From positions 1-59,548 of the forward strand of contig JBEKYJ010000001.1 of the NCBI GenBank assembly GCA_049511095.1: a stretch of DNA of 59,548 bases. Direction: 5' to 3'. This stretch comes from Verrucomicrobiia bacterium. Its GTDB lineage: Bacteria; Verrucomicrobiota; Verrucomicrobiia; Palsa-1439. Below the pieces are notes generated by a model. That model had not been told where the DNA came from, did not search any database, and worked only from the letters and a program-made list of their open reading frames with translations. Of the stretch, positions 9,345-27,016 are shown one piece after another. A program made the position numbers and the translations under genes. The first letter of the stretch is position 1; each line of letters begins with the position of its first letter.

Positions 9345-12300
9345 ATGGCTGAACGAAAATACTTCGGCAAATTGGGTGACGTGATTGAGCCCCCTCCGAT
9401 GATCGAGGCTCAAACGGATTCCTATGCAGAGTTTCTGCAGGCGGAGGGGACGACCCGCCGCAAGAACATCGGTCTTCAGGCCGTGTTCAAGGAAGTCTTC
9501 CCGATCGAGAGTTACGACGGGCAGGCGGTTCTCGATTTCGTGGAATACACGATCGGTGAGTCCAAGACCTCCTGGCTGGATTGCCTGCGCGAGGGCATCA
9601 GCTACAGCGGCCCGCTGCACGTCACGTTCCGTCTTAAGGACACGAACGGCACCAAGGAAGAAAAGGTGTACATGGGCGAAATCCCGCTCATGAGCCCGTC
9701 GGGCAGCTTCGTCATCAATGGCGCCGAACGCGTCATCGTCAGCCAGTTGCACCGTTCGCCCGGTATTTGCTTCGAATCATCCATTCACACGAGTGGCAAG
9801 GTGCTGTACGGCTTCCGCATCATCCCCGACCGCGGTTCGTGGCTGGAAGTGCAGTTTGACAACAGCGATCTGCTCAATATCTACCTCGATCGCCGTCATC
9901 GCCGCCGCAAGTTCCTGGCGACGACGTTCCTGCGCGCGCTGGGTTACAGCACGGACGAAGACATCCTGAAGCTGTTCTATCAGATCGAGGACGTAAAGCT
10001 GAAGGATTTCACCAGCGGCGAAGAGACGGCCAACAAGGTGCTCATCGCCGACGTGATGGACACGGAAAAACAACTCGTTGTCGGGCGCGCGTTCGAGCCG
10101 CTCAACAAGAGCGTGGCGCGCCAGTTGATCGATCTCGGCGTGGACAAGGTCAAGGTCGTCGATATTTCCGTGGACGACGGTTGCATCATCAAGTGCCTGC
10201 GCAAGGACACCTGCAAGGATCAGGAAGAAGCGCTGAAGGATATTTACCGCCGGTTGCGTCCGGGCGATCCGCCCACGATTGCCAACGCCAACGCGATGAT
10301 CAAGCGTCTGTTCTTTGATGCCCGCCGCTACGACCTCGGTCGCGTCGGCCGCTACAAGATCAATCAGAAGTTGAACCGCAGCGCGGACATGGAAAGCCGC
10401 GTCCTCGAAAAGGAGGATCTTATCGAGGCGGTCAAGTATCTGCTGAACCTGCGCAAGGGCGAAGGCTCGGTGGACGACATCGACCATCTCGGCAGCCGCC
10501 GCTTGCGCACGGTGGGCGAGTTGCTCGCCAACCAGTGCCGCATCGGTCTCGCGCGCACCGAACGCGTGGTCAAGGAACGCATGACGTTGTTCGACGTCAA
10601 TACCGACACCATGACGCCACAACAGCTGATCAACCCCAAGGCGCTGTCGGCGGTCATTCGGGATTTCTTCGGTCGCAGCCAGCTCAGCCAGTTCATGGAT
10701 CAGACGAACCCCTTGAGCGAGCTGACGCACAAACGCCGTCTCTCCGCGTTGGGGCCGGGCGGTTTGTCGCGCGAGCGCGCGGGATTCGAAGTTCGCGACG
10801 TTCATCCGTCGCACTACGGGCGCATCTGTCCGATTGAAACGCCTGAAGGTCCGAACATCGGTTTGATCAGCGCGATGAGTCTCTATGCGCGGATCAACGA
10901 GTTCGGCTTCCTCGAGACACCCTACCGCAAGTTGAAAGATGGTCGCGTGACGGAGCAGGTGGATTATCTCACCGCCGACCAGGAGGAGAACTACGTCGTC
11001 GCCCAGGCGAACGCGCCGATCGATGGCCGCGGTCACTTCCAAATCGAGAAGGTTTCCTGTCGGTACAAGGGCGACTTCATCGAAGTCGAACCCGCGCGCG
11101 TTCACTACATGGACGTGTCGCCGAAACAGTTGGTTTCGATAGCCGCGGGTCTCATCCCGTTCCTCGAACACGACGACGCCAACCGCGCGTTGATGGGTTC
11201 GAACATGCAACGCCAGGCGGTGCCGCTGCTGCAAAGTGATTCGCCGCTCGTCGGCACGGGCTTGGAGGGACGCATCGCCCGCGACTCGAAGGTGTGTATT
11301 GTCGCGGAAGAAGCGGGCGCCATCGCCAGCGTGGACGCGCGCCGCATCGTCGTGACCAAAGACGGTGAAATGCCGGAAGGCAAACGCAAGCTCGTCACCG
11401 ACCCCGAGAACCACCTCTGGGTGTACGAACTCCGCAAGTTCATGCGCTCCAATGCCGGGACCTGTTTCAACCAGAGGCCCATCGTCGCTCGCGGGGAGAA
11501 GATCAAGAAGGGGCAGGTACTGGCGGACGGCCCGTGCTGCGAAAGCGGCGAACTGGCGCTCGGCCGCAACGTGCTCGTCGCGTTCATGCCCTGGTGCGGA
11601 TACAACTTCGAAGACGCCATCCTCGTGAACGAGCGTCTCGTGAAGGAGGACGTGTATACGTCGATTCACGTGGATGAGTTCGAGGCGGGTGCGCGAGACA
11701 CGAAGCTCGGCCCCGAGGAAATCACACGGGACATCCCCAACGTCGGGGAAGAAGCCTTGAAGGATCTCGGCCACGACGGCGTGATCCGCGTGGGCGCGGA
11801 AGTGAAGCCGGGCGACATTCTCGTCGGCAAAATCACGCCGAAAGGCGAAACGGAACTGGCCCCGGAAGAGCGACTGCTGCGCGCCATCTTCGGCGAGAAG
11901 GCGGCGGATGTGAAGGACACGTCATTGCGCGTGCCCAGCGGCACCTACGGCATTGTGATGGACGTGAAAGTGTCCGCCCGCAAGGAGCCGACGCGTCCCA
12001 ACCTGACGCCGACGGAGATTCGACGCCAGAAGAAGCAGATTGAAGAGGACCACAAGAAGAAGTCCACCGAGTTGCGCGAGGAACTCACCGAGAAGTTGAG
12101 CAACATTCTGCTCGGCGAAAAGATTCCTTTGGACGTTGTCAATGCGGAGACGGGCGAGATCATCATCCCGGCCAACCGCAAGATCACGAAGACGCTCCTG
12201 CGCAAGCTGGCGACGGTGTACGACCACATTGAAATTGATCCGTCCCCGATTCGCATCAAGATTCGCGAAATCATCGGGGAGTTCGAACATCGCTTCAGCG

Positions 12301-13132
12301 AACTCGACATGGAACGCGACCGTCAACTGGACCGTATCGAAAGCGGCGAAGACGTCGACCCGGGGATCATCAAGCAGGTCAAGGTGTACATTGCCAGCAA
12401 GCGCAAGCTGAGCGTCGGCGATAAGATGGCGGGTCGCCACGGTAACAAGGGGGTCATTGCCAAGATTCTGCCGGAAGAGAACATGCCGTTCCTCGCTGAC
12501 GGGACGCCCGTGGACATCGTATTGAACCCGCTCGGTGTGCCGAGCCGTATGAACGTGGGCCAGGTACTGGAAACGCACCTCGGCGTGGCGGCGAAAGCGC
12601 TCGGGTTGAAGATCGCGTCGCCGGTGTTCGATGGGGTGACAGAGAAGGAAATCCACGAGATGATCGGTCAGGCCAAGAAGGTGGATGGGTACTTATGGGT
12701 AAAGGAAGACGGCAAGTCGCCGTTGTATGACGGCCGCACGGGCGAGTTGTTCGATCAGGAGGTCGTGGTCGGCTACATCTATATGCTGAAACTGGGCCAT
12801 CTCGTGGCGGACAAGATTCACGCGCGCGCCGTCGGCCCGTACTCGCTGGTCACCCAACAACCGCTGGGCGGCAAGGCGCAGTATGGCGGCCAACGCTTCG
12901 GTGAAATGGAAGTCTGGGCGATGGAAGCCTACGGCGCGGCGTATGCGCTGCAGGAGTTGCTCACCGTCAAGAGCGACGATGTGCAGGGCCGCACCCGCAT
13001 CTACGAGTCCATCGTCAAGGGCGACAACACGCTCGAAGCGGGCACGCCCGAGTCGTTCAATGTTTTGATGAAGGAAATGCAGAGCCTATGCCTCGACGTT
13101 CGCGTCGGGAAGAACGGAGGCGAGCACAAATT

Positions 13133-13136
<4 letters not shown>
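9345..13136 (+). CDS. rpoB: DNA-directed RNA polymerase subunit beta
   Basis: 1263 aa with conserved beta-subunit blocks ([36 protein letters not shown]). Confidence 0.98.
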
Positions 13137-17299
<4,163 letters not shown>

Positions 17300-17320
17300 A
17301 GCAAGGCCTCCCAAAAGGGC

Positions 17321-17349
17321 TTGCGTTGCACCGGAGCGTGTGTTAATTT
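17321..17349 (+). promoter_or_regulatory. Candidate promoter for rpsL
   Basis: TTGCGT (17321..17326), 17-nt spacer, TAATTT (17344..17349). It lies about 48 nt upstream of the rpsL ATG. Confidence 0.3.
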
Positions 17350-17396
17350 TCGCGCTCCTTGTGCCACCAAGAAGATGGCAGTCAACGGGTTAGGAA

Positions 17397-17807
17397 ATGC
17401 CAACAATTAACCAACTGGTTCGTAAGGGTCGTCGCCAACTGAAGGCGAAGTCGAAGGCGCCGGCGCTGGGGTCATGCCCGCAACGTCGCGGGGTGTGCCT
17501 GCAGGTGATGACGCGCACGCCGAAGAAGCCGAACTCGGCCTTGCGGAAGGTGGCGAAGGTGCGTCTGACCAATGGCATCGAAGTGATTGCGTACATCCCG
17601 GACGAGGGACACAATCTGCAGGAGCACTCGATTGTGCTGGTACGCGGCGGACGCGTGAAGGATTTGCCGGGCGTGCGCTATCACATCGTGCGCGGCACAT
17701 TGGATGCGATGGGCGTGGAGAAACGCCGCCGCAGCCGCAGCAAGTACGGTGTGAAGCGACCGAAGGACGCGGCCCCGAAAAAGGCCGAGGCTCCGAAGGA
17801 CGCCTGA
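17397..17807 (+). CDS. rpsL: 30S ribosomal protein S12
   Basis: 136 aa starting [12 protein letters not shown], with ...[19 protein letters not shown]. Has a short Lys/Ala/Pro C-terminal tail. Confidence 0.98.
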   Translation: MPTINQLVRKGRRQLKAKSKAPALGSCPQRRGVCLQVMTRTPKKPNSALRKVAKVRLTNGIEVIAYIPDEGHNLQEHSIVLVRGGRVKDLPGVRYHIVRGTLDAMGVEKRRRSRSKYGVKRPKDAAPKKAEAPKDA

Positions 17808-17828
17808 TCTATTTGAGAGAATTCGAGC

Positions 17829-18299
17829 ATGCGGAGACGAAGAGCAGATCGACGGCCGAGAGTACGTGACGTGCGCTTTAACAGCGAGACTGTCACGCGG
17901 CTCATCACGTGCATCATGAAGAGCGGCAAGAAGTCCGTGGCCGAGCGGATTGTGTATGGCGCGTTCGAGCGTATCGCGGAGAAGGCCAAGGACAAGAGTC
18001 CGCTGGACGTGCTGCACGCGGCGTTGGAAAACGTGAAGCCGAGGCTGGAAGTGAAGTCACGCCGGGTTGGCGGCGCCAACTATCAGGTGCCGGTCGAGGT
18101 GTCCATCGATCGTCAGGAAGCCTTGGCGATGCGCTGGATGATCCAGTATGCCGGCTCCCGTAAAGGCACGGCGATGACGGACGCCCTGGCGTCAGAGATT
18201 TTGGACGCGTCAAACAATACGGGTGCGTCCGTCAAGAAGCGCGAAGATACGCACAAGATGGCGCAGGCCAATCGTGCGTTTGCGCACTACCGCTGGTAG
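17829..18299 (+). CDS. rpsG: 30S ribosomal protein S7
   Basis: 156 aa. Contains SGKKSVAERIVYGAF...RRVGGANYQVPVEV.... Confidence 0.97.
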   Translation: MRRRRADRRPRVRDVRFNSETVTRLITCIMKSGKKSVAERIVYGAFERIAEKAKDKSPLDVLHAALENVKPRLEVKSRRVGGANYQVPVEVSIDRQEALAMRWMIQYAGSRKGTAMTDALASEILDASNNTGASVKKREDTHKMAQANRAFAHYRW

Positions 18300-18385
18300 T
18301 CCGGAGGTGAATTCACCCGCTTGGACGAGCCACGGTTGTGTTGTCGTGAGATTTTGGTGTAACAATTAGCATTCGTAATCAGAAA

Positions 18386-20547
<2,162 letters not shown>

Positions 20548-20551
<4 letters not shown>

Positions 20552-20856
20552 GCAACCAACGCATACGAATCCGCCTCAAAGGGTACGACCACCGCCTGCT
20601 CGATCAATCGGCGCATGACATTGTCGAAACGGCCAAGCGCACGGGCGCGAAGGTGGCCGGGCCGATCCCGTTGCCGACCGACATTTGGCGGCACACCGTC
20701 AATCGCTCGCCGCACGCGGACAAGAAGTCGATGGAGTCATTTGAGATGCGGACGCACAAACGTTTGCTCGACATCATCGACCCGACAGCGAAAACGGTGG
20801 ATGAGTTGAAAAAGCTGAACCTGCCGGCGGGTGTCGACATCACGATCAAGATTTAG
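20548..20856 (+). CDS. rpsJ: 30S ribosomal protein S10
   Basis: 102 aa. Starts [16 protein letters not shown].... The ATG overlaps the fusA stop as ATGA. Confidence 0.97.
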
Positions 20857-20858
20857 CC

Positions 20859-21515
20859 ATGGAACTTCTCGGCAAAAAACTTGGAATGGCGCAATTGTTC
20901 GACGCGAACGGTAATTTCGTGGGCGTCACCGTCATCGAGGCGGGACCCTGCACGGTGTTACAGAAGAAGACGCCGGAGAATGATGGGTATCATGCGGTGC
21001 AACTGGGGTTGGGCACACGCAAGGAAAAGAACGCCGGCAAGCCGCTCATCGGCCACTGCAAGAAGGCCAACACCGAGCCAGCGCGATTTATTCGCGAGTA
21101 TCGTACGGAAGAGCCGGTGCAGTTCAATGTCGGTGACAAGATCACGGTGAAAGAATTTCAGCCCGGGCAGTATGTGGACGTGATTGGCACCGGCAAGGGC
21201 AAGGGCTTTCAGGGCGTCGTCAAACGGCATAAGTTCGCCGGCGGTGACATGACGCACGGCGCGAAAGGTTGGCATCGCCGCAGTGGCGCGATTGGCCAAC
21301 GTCTGTTTCCGGGCCGCGTGTTCAAAAACATGCGGATGCCCGGCCACATGGGCGACGTCAAAGTGACCACGCAGAATTTGCGCGTGGTGCAGGTGCGTGA
21401 GGCGGAGAACCTGCTGCTGGTCGAGGGAGCGGTGCCGGGTGCGACCGGCGCGTTTGTCGTGGTTCGCCACGCGAAGAAGAAGGCCCAACCCGCGGCGAAG
21501 GCGGCGAAATCATGA
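20859..21515 (+). CDS. rplC: 50S ribosomal protein L3
   Basis: 218 aa. Contains LGKKLGMAQLF...GKGFQGVVKRH.F.GG..THG. Confidence 0.96.
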   Translation: MELLGKKLGMAQLFDANGNFVGVTVIEAGPCTVLQKKTPENDGYHAVQLGLGTRKEKNAGKPLIGHCKKANTEPARFIREYRTEEPVQFNVGDKITVKEFQPGQYVDVIGTGKGKGFQGVVKRHKFAGGDMTHGAKGWHRRSGAIGQRLFPGRVFKNMRMPGHMGDVKVTTQNLRVVQVREAENLLLVEGAVPGATGAFVVVRHAKKKAQPAAKAAKS

Positions 21516-22138
21516 AGCTGCCGGTCGTCACAATGTCCGGTCAAGGGAAGGGCGAAGTCGAGTTTGCCGACGGGTTGCTCATCAAGGACGGCAAAGGCAC
21601 TCAGGCGGTGCATGACACGGTGACGGCGTACATGGCGAACCAGCGCCTCGGCACGGCCAGCACGAAGCAAATCAGCGAAGTCCACGGCAGCGGCAAGAAG
21701 CCGTGGAAGCAGAAGGGGACGGGACGGGCGCGGGCGGGGTCGTTCGCCTCACCGTTGTGGCGCGGGGGTGGCGTGGTGTTCGGGCCGAAACCGCGGGATT
21801 ACACGATTAACGTGTCGAAGAAGGTGAAGGCGCTGGCGTTTCGCAAGGCGCTGAGTGAGCGATTGCTGGCGGGAGACATCGTGGTGGTGGATGAATTGAA
21901 GCTGGCGAGCCACAAGACGAAGGAGTTTGCGGGCATCGTGGCAAAAATCGGGGCGAAAAATGCGCCGACGCTGGTTGTGACGGACCGGGTGGACGGGAAT
22001 TTGAGGTTGGCATCGCGGAACATGCCGAACGTACAGGTCGAACCGGCGGATTCCGTGAACGTGTATGAGTTGTTGCGGTTCGAAAAAATTGTCACGACGA
22101 AAGCCGGGCTGGAGAAGCTGGGCGCGCGCGTGGGGTAA
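21512..22138 (+). CDS. rplD: 50S ribosomal protein L4
   Basis: 208 aa. Contains GSGKKPWKQKGTGRARAGS..SPLWRGGGVVFGPKPRDY. Confidence 0.96.
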   Translation: MKLPVVTMSGQGKGEVEFADGLLIKDGKGTQAVHDTVTAYMANQRLGTASTKQISEVHGSGKKPWKQKGTGRARAGSFASPLWRGGGVVFGPKPRDYTINVSKKVKALAFRKALSERLLAGDIVVVDELKLASHKTKEFAGIVAKIGAKNAPTLVVTDRVDGNLRLASRNMPNVQVEPADSVNVYELLRFEKIVTTKAGLEKLGARVG

Positions 22139-22143
22139 GACCG

Positions 22144-22428
22144 ATGAAAGATCCATATTCAGTGGTCAGGACCGTACGCATCACCGAAAAGGGGACGGCG
22201 CAGACTGAGGCGTCGAATCAATACCAGGTCGTCGTGGATAAGCGGGCGAACAAACTGGATGTCAAGCGGGCGGTCGAGCATTTGTTCAAGGTCAAAGTGG
22301 TCCGGGTGAACACGATGAACGTGCGCGGCAAGGCGCGCCGCGAGCGGACGATGCAATTTGGACGTACGCCCGGTTGGAAGAAGGCAATCGTCACCCTCAA
22401 AGAGGGCGACAAGATCGAATTGGGTTAG
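22144..22428 (+). CDS. rplW: 50S ribosomal protein L23
   Basis: 94 aa in the conserved position. Contains NQYQVVVDKRANKLDVKRAVEHLFKVKV. Confidence 0.95.
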   Translation: MKDPYSVVRTVRITEKGTAQTEASNQYQVVVDKRANKLDVKRAVEHLFKVKVVRVNTMNVRGKARRERTMQFGRTPGWKKAIVTLKEGDKIELG

Positions 22429-22434
22429 CGATTT

Positions 22435-23271
22435 ATGGGACTCAAGACTTTCAGGCCGTTGACGCCGTCGCTGCGCGGCACGGTGCTTTCTGATTTCTCG
22501 GAAATCACGAAGAGCAAGCCGGAAGCGAAGCTGACGGAGGCGAAGCGCCGGACGGGTGGTCGCAACAATCACGGGCGCATGACGTCGCGCGGGATCGGCG
22601 GCGGCCACAAGCAGCGCTACCGCATCATCGATTTCAAGCGGGACAAGGTCGGCGTTGAGGCGGTGGTGGAAGCGGTCGAGTACGATCCGAACCGCTCCGC
22701 CCGCATCGCCCTGGTGAAGTACAAGGACGGCGAGAAGCGCTACATCATTGCGCCGCTCGGTCTGCAGGTGGGTGCGAAGTTGATGAGTGGACCCGACGCC
22801 GAGTTGGCGATCGGCAACGCGCTGCCGTTGAAGAAGATCATACCGGGGATGCCGATTCATAACATCGAACTGCACCGGGGTCATGGGGGGCAGATCTGCC
22901 GCAGCGCGGGGATGGCGGCGCAGATCACGGCCAGCGAAGGCGACTACGTAACCGTGAAGATGCCCTCCGGCGAACTGCGGCTGATCAACCGTGAGTGCTA
23001 CGCCACGATCGGACAGATTGGCAACACGGATCACATCAATATCATGCTGGGGAAAGCGGGACGAAACCGCTGGCTGGGCCGGCGCGGTATTTCGCGCGGC
23101 ATGGCGCGCAACCCGGTGGATCATCCGATGGGCGGCGGCCAGGGCAAGAGCAAGGGCGGCGGTGGGTGGCATCATCCGGTCTCGCCCTGGGGCAAGCTGG
23201 CCAAGGGCGGCACGACGCGCCGTAAGAAGAAATACTCGAACGGGATGATTGTAGAGAGAAGGAAGAAATAA
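22435..23271 (+). CDS. rplB: 50S ribosomal protein L2
   Basis: 278 aa. Contains [26 protein letters not shown]...[14 protein letters not shown]. Confidence 0.98.
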   Translation: MGLKTFRPLTPSLRGTVLSDFSEITKSKPEAKLTEAKRRTGGRNNHGRMTSRGIGGGHKQRYRIIDFKRDKVGVEAVVEAVEYDPNRSARIALVKYKDGEKRYIIAPLGLQVGAKLMSGPDAELAIGNALPLKKIIPGMPIHNIELHRGHGGQICRSAGMAAQITASEGDYVTVKMPSGELRLINRECYATIGQIGNTDHINIMLGKAGRNRWLGRRGISRGMARNPVDHPMGGGQGKSKGGGGWHHPVSPWGKLAKGGTTRRKKKYSNGMIVERRKK

Positions 23272-23550
23272 ATGGGACGGTCCCTGAAAAAAGGCCCCTT
23301 TGTTGACGACCATTTGATGAAGAAGGTCGAGACAATGAAGGTCAGCGACAAGAAGCCGATCAAGACCTGGTCGCGACGCTCAATGATTGTCCCCGAGTTC
23401 GTGGGACACACGTTTCTGGTACACAACGGCAAGGTGCACACGCCGGTGTTCGTGACCGAGAACATGGTGGGACATCGCCTCGGCGAATTCTCGCCAACCC
23501 GTACGTTCCGGGCGCACGGCGCCCACACGGAGAAGGCGGTCGCGAAGTAA
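23272..23550 (+). CDS. rpsS: 30S ribosomal protein S19
   Basis: 92 aa. Contains [19 protein letters not shown]...[31 protein letters not shown]. Confidence 0.98.
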   Translation: MGRSLKKGPFVDDHLMKKVETMKVSDKKPIKTWSRRSMIVPEFVGHTFLVHNGKVHTPVFVTENMVGHRLGEFSPTRTFRAHGAHTEKAVAK

Positions 23551-23568
23551 CGCGGCCTGGAGCCAGTT

Positions 23569-24336
23569 GTGGCGGTACTTGGCGCGCGAACGAGAGTGTG
23601 TGCAGTTGGTTTGTTCTTTGCAGTAACAGGGCCGCTGGCCGTCGGAGGGGCGCCGGCCGCAACCGATGAGTTGCGGGTGTTGGTGGAGAGGCTGACCAAC
23701 GACAACGAGCGTCTCAAGACGGAACTCGATCAGCGCGAGACGGTCATTCGCCTGCTCACCGAGAACCTGGCGGTGGCCCGGACGGAGAGCGAGTTGTTCC
23801 AGAAGCAGTGGCGGGAAGCGCAGTTGCGGGCCCAGGCGCTCGGCGTCAACTTTGCCGATGACAGCGCGAGGCAGACGCAACGCCAGCTCGTGGAGAGCGT
23901 GCGGGCGCTGTACCTCGCGGAAGTGGAACGGCAACGATTGGTGGAGCAACTGCAGAGGTTGCTCGACGCCGTCCAGAAGCAGGGCGATATCGCCGGGGAG
24001 TTGGCGCGGACGAAGGCGCTCTTGGCGGCAGCGGAGAAACCCGCGGCCAACGAGGCGGGGAAGACTGGTGGGGTGGTCGGACAGGCGGGGGGCACGCTGG
24101 GGGCGGCCACGGTGTTGGATGTGAACCCGGACCTGCGGCTGGTGGTGCTGAACGTTGGTTTGCTGCAGGGCGCGCGGATTGGGATGCCGTTGATTGTGTT
24201 GCGCGGCGACCGCGTGATTGCGGAATTGAAGATTGTGGACGTGCGCCAGCGGATTTGCGGCGCGTTGATCGAACGGACGGAGAAGCAGGTCACGCTCAAG
24301 ACGGGAGACGTCGCGCGCGTGGCGAAGAACTCGTAA
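23569..24336 (+). CDS. Hypothetical exported coiled-coil protein with a C-terminal beta-rich domain, embedded in the S10 operon
   Basis: 255-aa ORF with a GTG start preceded by GGAG (6-nt spacer). It begins 18 nt after the rpsS stop and ends 10 nt before the rplV ATG. Third-codon positions are G/C-rich like the neighbours. The N-terminus (RTRVCAVGLFFAVTGPLAVGGA) looks like a signal peptide. About 130 aa of heptad-like E/L/Q/R-rich sequence follow, then a Gly-rich linker and a ~75-aa beta-type segment (VLDVNPDLRLVVLNVGLLQGARIGMPLIVLRGDRVIAELKIVDV...). I recognise no family. The 460-aa antisense ORF reads as R/H/P/Q-rich antisense noise. Confidence 0.7.
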   Translation: MAVLGARTRVCAVGLFFAVTGPLAVGGAPAATDELRVLVERLTNDNERLKTELDQRETVIRLLTENLAVARTESELFQKQWREAQLRAQALGVNFADDSARQTQRQLVESVRALYLAEVERQRLVEQLQRLLDAVQKQGDIAGELARTKALLAAAEKPAANEAGKTGGVVGQAGGTLGAATVLDVNPDLRLVVLNVGLLQGARIGMPLIVLRGDRVIAELKIVDVRQRICGALIERTEKQVTLKTGDVARVAKNS

Positions 24337-24346
24337 CGATGGATTT

Positions 24347-24682
24347 ATGGAAGTAACAGCGATCACAAAATATGCGCGGATGAGCCCGTCGAAGGTGGGC
24401 GAGGTGACGCGGCTGATCCAGGGATTGAGCGCCTCGAGCGCGCTGGAAGTGCTGCGGGTGATTCCGCGCAAGTCGGCGCGGATGATCGAAAAGACATTGA
24501 AGTCGGCGATCGCCAACGCGACGAACAACGCGAGCCTGGCGGCGGATGTGTTGATCGTGAAAGAAGCCGTGGCCAACGAAGGGCCGCGGTTGAAGCGCTG
24601 GCAGCCCAAGGCGCGGGGGAGTGCGGGCCCGATTATCAAACGGACCTCGCACATCCAGATCATATTGACGGATGGACAATAA
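24347..24682 (+). CDS. rplV: 50S ribosomal protein L22
   Basis: 111 aa. Contains AITKYARMSPSKVGEVTRLIQG...KRWQPKARGSAGPIIKRTSHI. Confidence 0.97.
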   Translation: MEVTAITKYARMSPSKVGEVTRLIQGLSASSALEVLRVIPRKSARMIEKTLKSAIANATNNASLAADVLIVKEAVANEGPRLKRWQPKARGSAGPIIKRTSHIQIILTDGQ

Positions 24683-24685
24683 GCT

Positions 24686-25372
24686 ATGGGACAAAAAACG
24701 AATCCAATTGGTTTTCGCGTGGCGGTCACCAAGGACTGGCTGTCGAAGTGGTACGCCGACAAGAAGGATTACGCGCCACTGTTGCTCGAAGACATCAAGA
24801 TTCGTGAGATTGTGAAAAAAAAGCTGGCCTCGGCCGCGGTCCCGAAGATTGCCATCGAGCGGTATGCGAACCGGGCGCGGATCACGATTTCAACCGCGCG
24901 TCCGGGGATTGTCATCGGCCGCAAGGGCGCGGAAATCGACAAGCTCAAGGAAGAGCTGGCCGCGTTGACCGGCAAGGAAATCTACGTGGATATCCTGGAA
25001 GTCAAGACGCCCGAGACGGACGCGCAGCTCGTGGCGGAGAACATCGCGCTGCAGTTGGAACGGCGCATCAGCTTCCGGCGGGCGATGAAGAAGGCCGTGC
25101 AGACGGCGATGGATTTTGGCGCGCAAGGAATCAAGGTGGCGTGCGGTGGCCGGCTGGGCGGCGCAGAGCTGGCGCGGCACGAGAAGTATCGGGTCGGCAA
25201 GATTCCGCTTCACACGTTGCGCGCGGACATTGATTACGGCCTGGCGGAAGCGCAGACGGTGTACGGCAAGATTGGGGTGAAGGTGTGGGTGTGCAAGGGT
25301 GAGCGGCCGTTGCGGGCCGCCGTGCCAGCGCAACCCGCGCCGATGCCCGTCGGCCCCGCGTCGTCAGGGTAG
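24686..25372 (+). CDS. rpsC: 30S ribosomal protein S3
   Basis: 228 aa. Starts [12 protein letters not shown] and has a KH domain. Confidence 0.98.
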   Translation: MGQKTNPIGFRVAVTKDWLSKWYADKKDYAPLLLEDIKIREIVKKKLASAAVPKIAIERYANRARITISTARPGIVIGRKGAEIDKLKEELAALTGKEIYVDILEVKTPETDAQLVAENIALQLERRISFRRAMKKAVQTAMDFGAQGIKVACGGRLGGAELARHEKYRVGKIPLHTLRADIDYGLAEAQTVYGKIGVKVWVCKGERPLRAAVPAQPAPMPVGPASSG

Positions 25373-25404
25373 CGCGGACGAGGTACCGGAGGAATTTCGA
25401 AGTC

Positions 25405-25815
25405 ATGCCAATGATGCCAAAGAGAGTGAAGTATCGGAAAGCCCACCGCGGCAGCCGGACGGGCACGGCCTGGCGGGGGGCCACGGTTGCGTTTGGCGAA
25501 TATGGCCTGCAAGCGTTGGAACGCGCGTGGGTGACGACGACGCAAATTGAGGCGTGCCGAGTCGCGCTATCGCGCAACATGAAGCGACGCGGGAAACTGT
25601 GGATTCGGGTGTTCCCGGACAAGCCGATCACGAAGCGACCGCCGGAGACGCGCATGGGCAAGGGCAAGGGCCCGCCCGAGACCTGGGTGGCGGTGATACG
25701 ACCGGGGAATGTGTTATTTGAACTGGGCGGCGTGACGGAGGTATTGGCGCGCGAGTCGTTTCGACTGGCGGCGTCCAAGCTGCCGATCTCGACGCGGTTT
25801 CTGGCAAGACGGTAG
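25405..25815 (+). CDS. rplP: 50S ribosomal protein L16
   Basis: 136 aa. Contains [13 protein letters not shown]...[13 protein letters not shown]. The start could be one of three closely spaced Met codons. Confidence 0.96.
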   Translation: MPMMPKRVKYRKAHRGSRTGTAWRGATVAFGEYGLQALERAWVTTTQIEACRVALSRNMKRRGKLWIRVFPDKPITKRPPETRMGKGKGPPETWVAVIRPGNVLFELGGVTEVLARESFRLAASKLPISTRFLARR

Positions 25816-25823
25816 GCGGCGAC

Positions 25824-26036
25824 ATGAAAGCAAAGGAAATCCGTGAGTTGACAGAAGCGGAGGCGCAGTCCAAACTGCGTGATCTTCGGCAGGAATTGTT
25901 CAACCTGCGGCTTCAACAGCAGACGGCGAGGCTTGAGCGACCCAGTCGCATCCGCGAAGTGCGGCGTGACATGGCGCGCATTGAGACCGTCTTACGGGAG
26001 CGACAACTCCAGACGGCGCCGGCAGCGGCCAAGTAG
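25824..26036 (+). CDS. rpmC: 50S ribosomal protein L29
   Basis: 70 aa. Contains [28 protein letters not shown]. Confidence 0.93.
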   Translation: MKAKEIRELTEAEAQSKLRDLRQELFNLRLQQQTARLERPSRIREVRRDMARIETVLRERQLQTAPAAAK

Positions 26037-26069
26037 CGGCGCTGACCGACGGAAACATTTCGGATTCAT

Positions 26070-26360
26070 ATGGCGGACCAAGCAACAATCGAAAGCAGGA
26101 AGCGGGAGCTGGTGGGCGAAGTCGTCAGCGACAAGATGGACAAGACCATCGTGGTCGAGGTCGCCCGGCGTGTCCGTCATCCGCGGTACCAGAAAGTCAT
26201 GACGCTGTACAAGAAGTTCTACGCCCACGACGAGAAGAGCGAAGCGGGTGTGGGCGACAAGGTGCGGATTGTCGAGTCACGACCGCTGAGCAAGTTGAAG
26301 CGGTGGCGGCTGGCGGGGGTGTTGGAGAAGGCGACGAAGATCGAGAAGGTCGAAGTATGA
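26070..26360 (+). CDS. rpsQ: 30S ribosomal protein S17
   Basis: 96 aa. Contains [29 protein letters not shown].... Confidence 0.95.
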   Translation: MADQATIESRKRELVGEVVSDKMDKTIVVEVARRVRHPRYQKVMTLYKKFYAHDEKSEAGVGDKVRIVESRPLSKLKRWRLAGVLEKATKIEKVEV

Positions 26361-26722
26361 TTCAGATCCGAACGCATTTGGACGTTGCGGACAACACCGG
26401 CGCGCGCGTAGCGTGGGCGATCGGCGTCCTGGGACACCAGAAGCGTTATGCGCGGATTGGTGACGTGATCAAGGCACACGTCAAAGAGGCCGCGCCCGAC
26501 GGGACGGTGAAGAAGGGCGAGGTGGTGACCTGTGTGGTGGTGCGGACGAAGTCACCGCTGCGTCGCACGGACGGGTCGTACGTGCGGTTCGACAACAATG
26601 CGGTGGTGATCATCGACGAGCAACTCAACCCGAAGGGTACACGCATTTTCGGGCCGGTCGCGCGTGAATTGCGCGACAAGAATTTTACAAAAATCATTTC
26701 ACTCGCCCCCGAGGTGCTGTAG
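26357..26722 (+). CDS. rplN: 50S ribosomal protein L14
   Basis: ORF 26303..26722 trimmed to [17 protein letters not shown]. The ATG overlaps the rpsQ TGA as ATGA. Confidence 0.97.
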   Translation: MIQIRTHLDVADNTGARVAWAIGVLGHQKRYARIGDVIKAHVKEAAPDGTVKKGEVVTCVVVRTKSPLRRTDGSYVRFDNNAVVIIDEQLNPKGTRIFGPVARELRDKNFTKIISLAPEVL

Positions 26723-26725
26723 GCC

Positions 26726-27007
26726 ATGAGGAATATGCCGGTCAAGAAGAACGACATCGTGGTGGTGCTTTCGGGAGAGGATCGGGGGAAGATCGGGAAA
26801 GTGCTGGCGACGTTCCCCGGGAAGGACCGCGTCCTTGTCGAGGGAGTGAATGTGATCAAGAAGGCGCTGCGGAAGAGCCAGAATAATCCCAAGGGCGGCA
26901 TTATCACCAAAGAAGGGGCGATTCACATATCCAAGGTGATGAAGCAGGAGCGCTACGACGCCCGGCGCAAGAAGCATGGAGGCGCCCCGGCGGTGGCCGA
27001 GGCGTAA
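26726..27007 (+). CDS. rplX: 50S ribosomal protein L24
   Basis: 93 aa with a KOW motif ([20 protein letters not shown]). Confidence 0.94.
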   Translation: MRNMPVKKNDIVVVLSGEDRGKIGKVLATFPGKDRVLVEGVNVIKKALRKSQNNPKGGIITKEGAIHISKVMKQERYDARRKKHGGAPAVAEA

Positions 27008-27016
27008 TCAGGTTTT

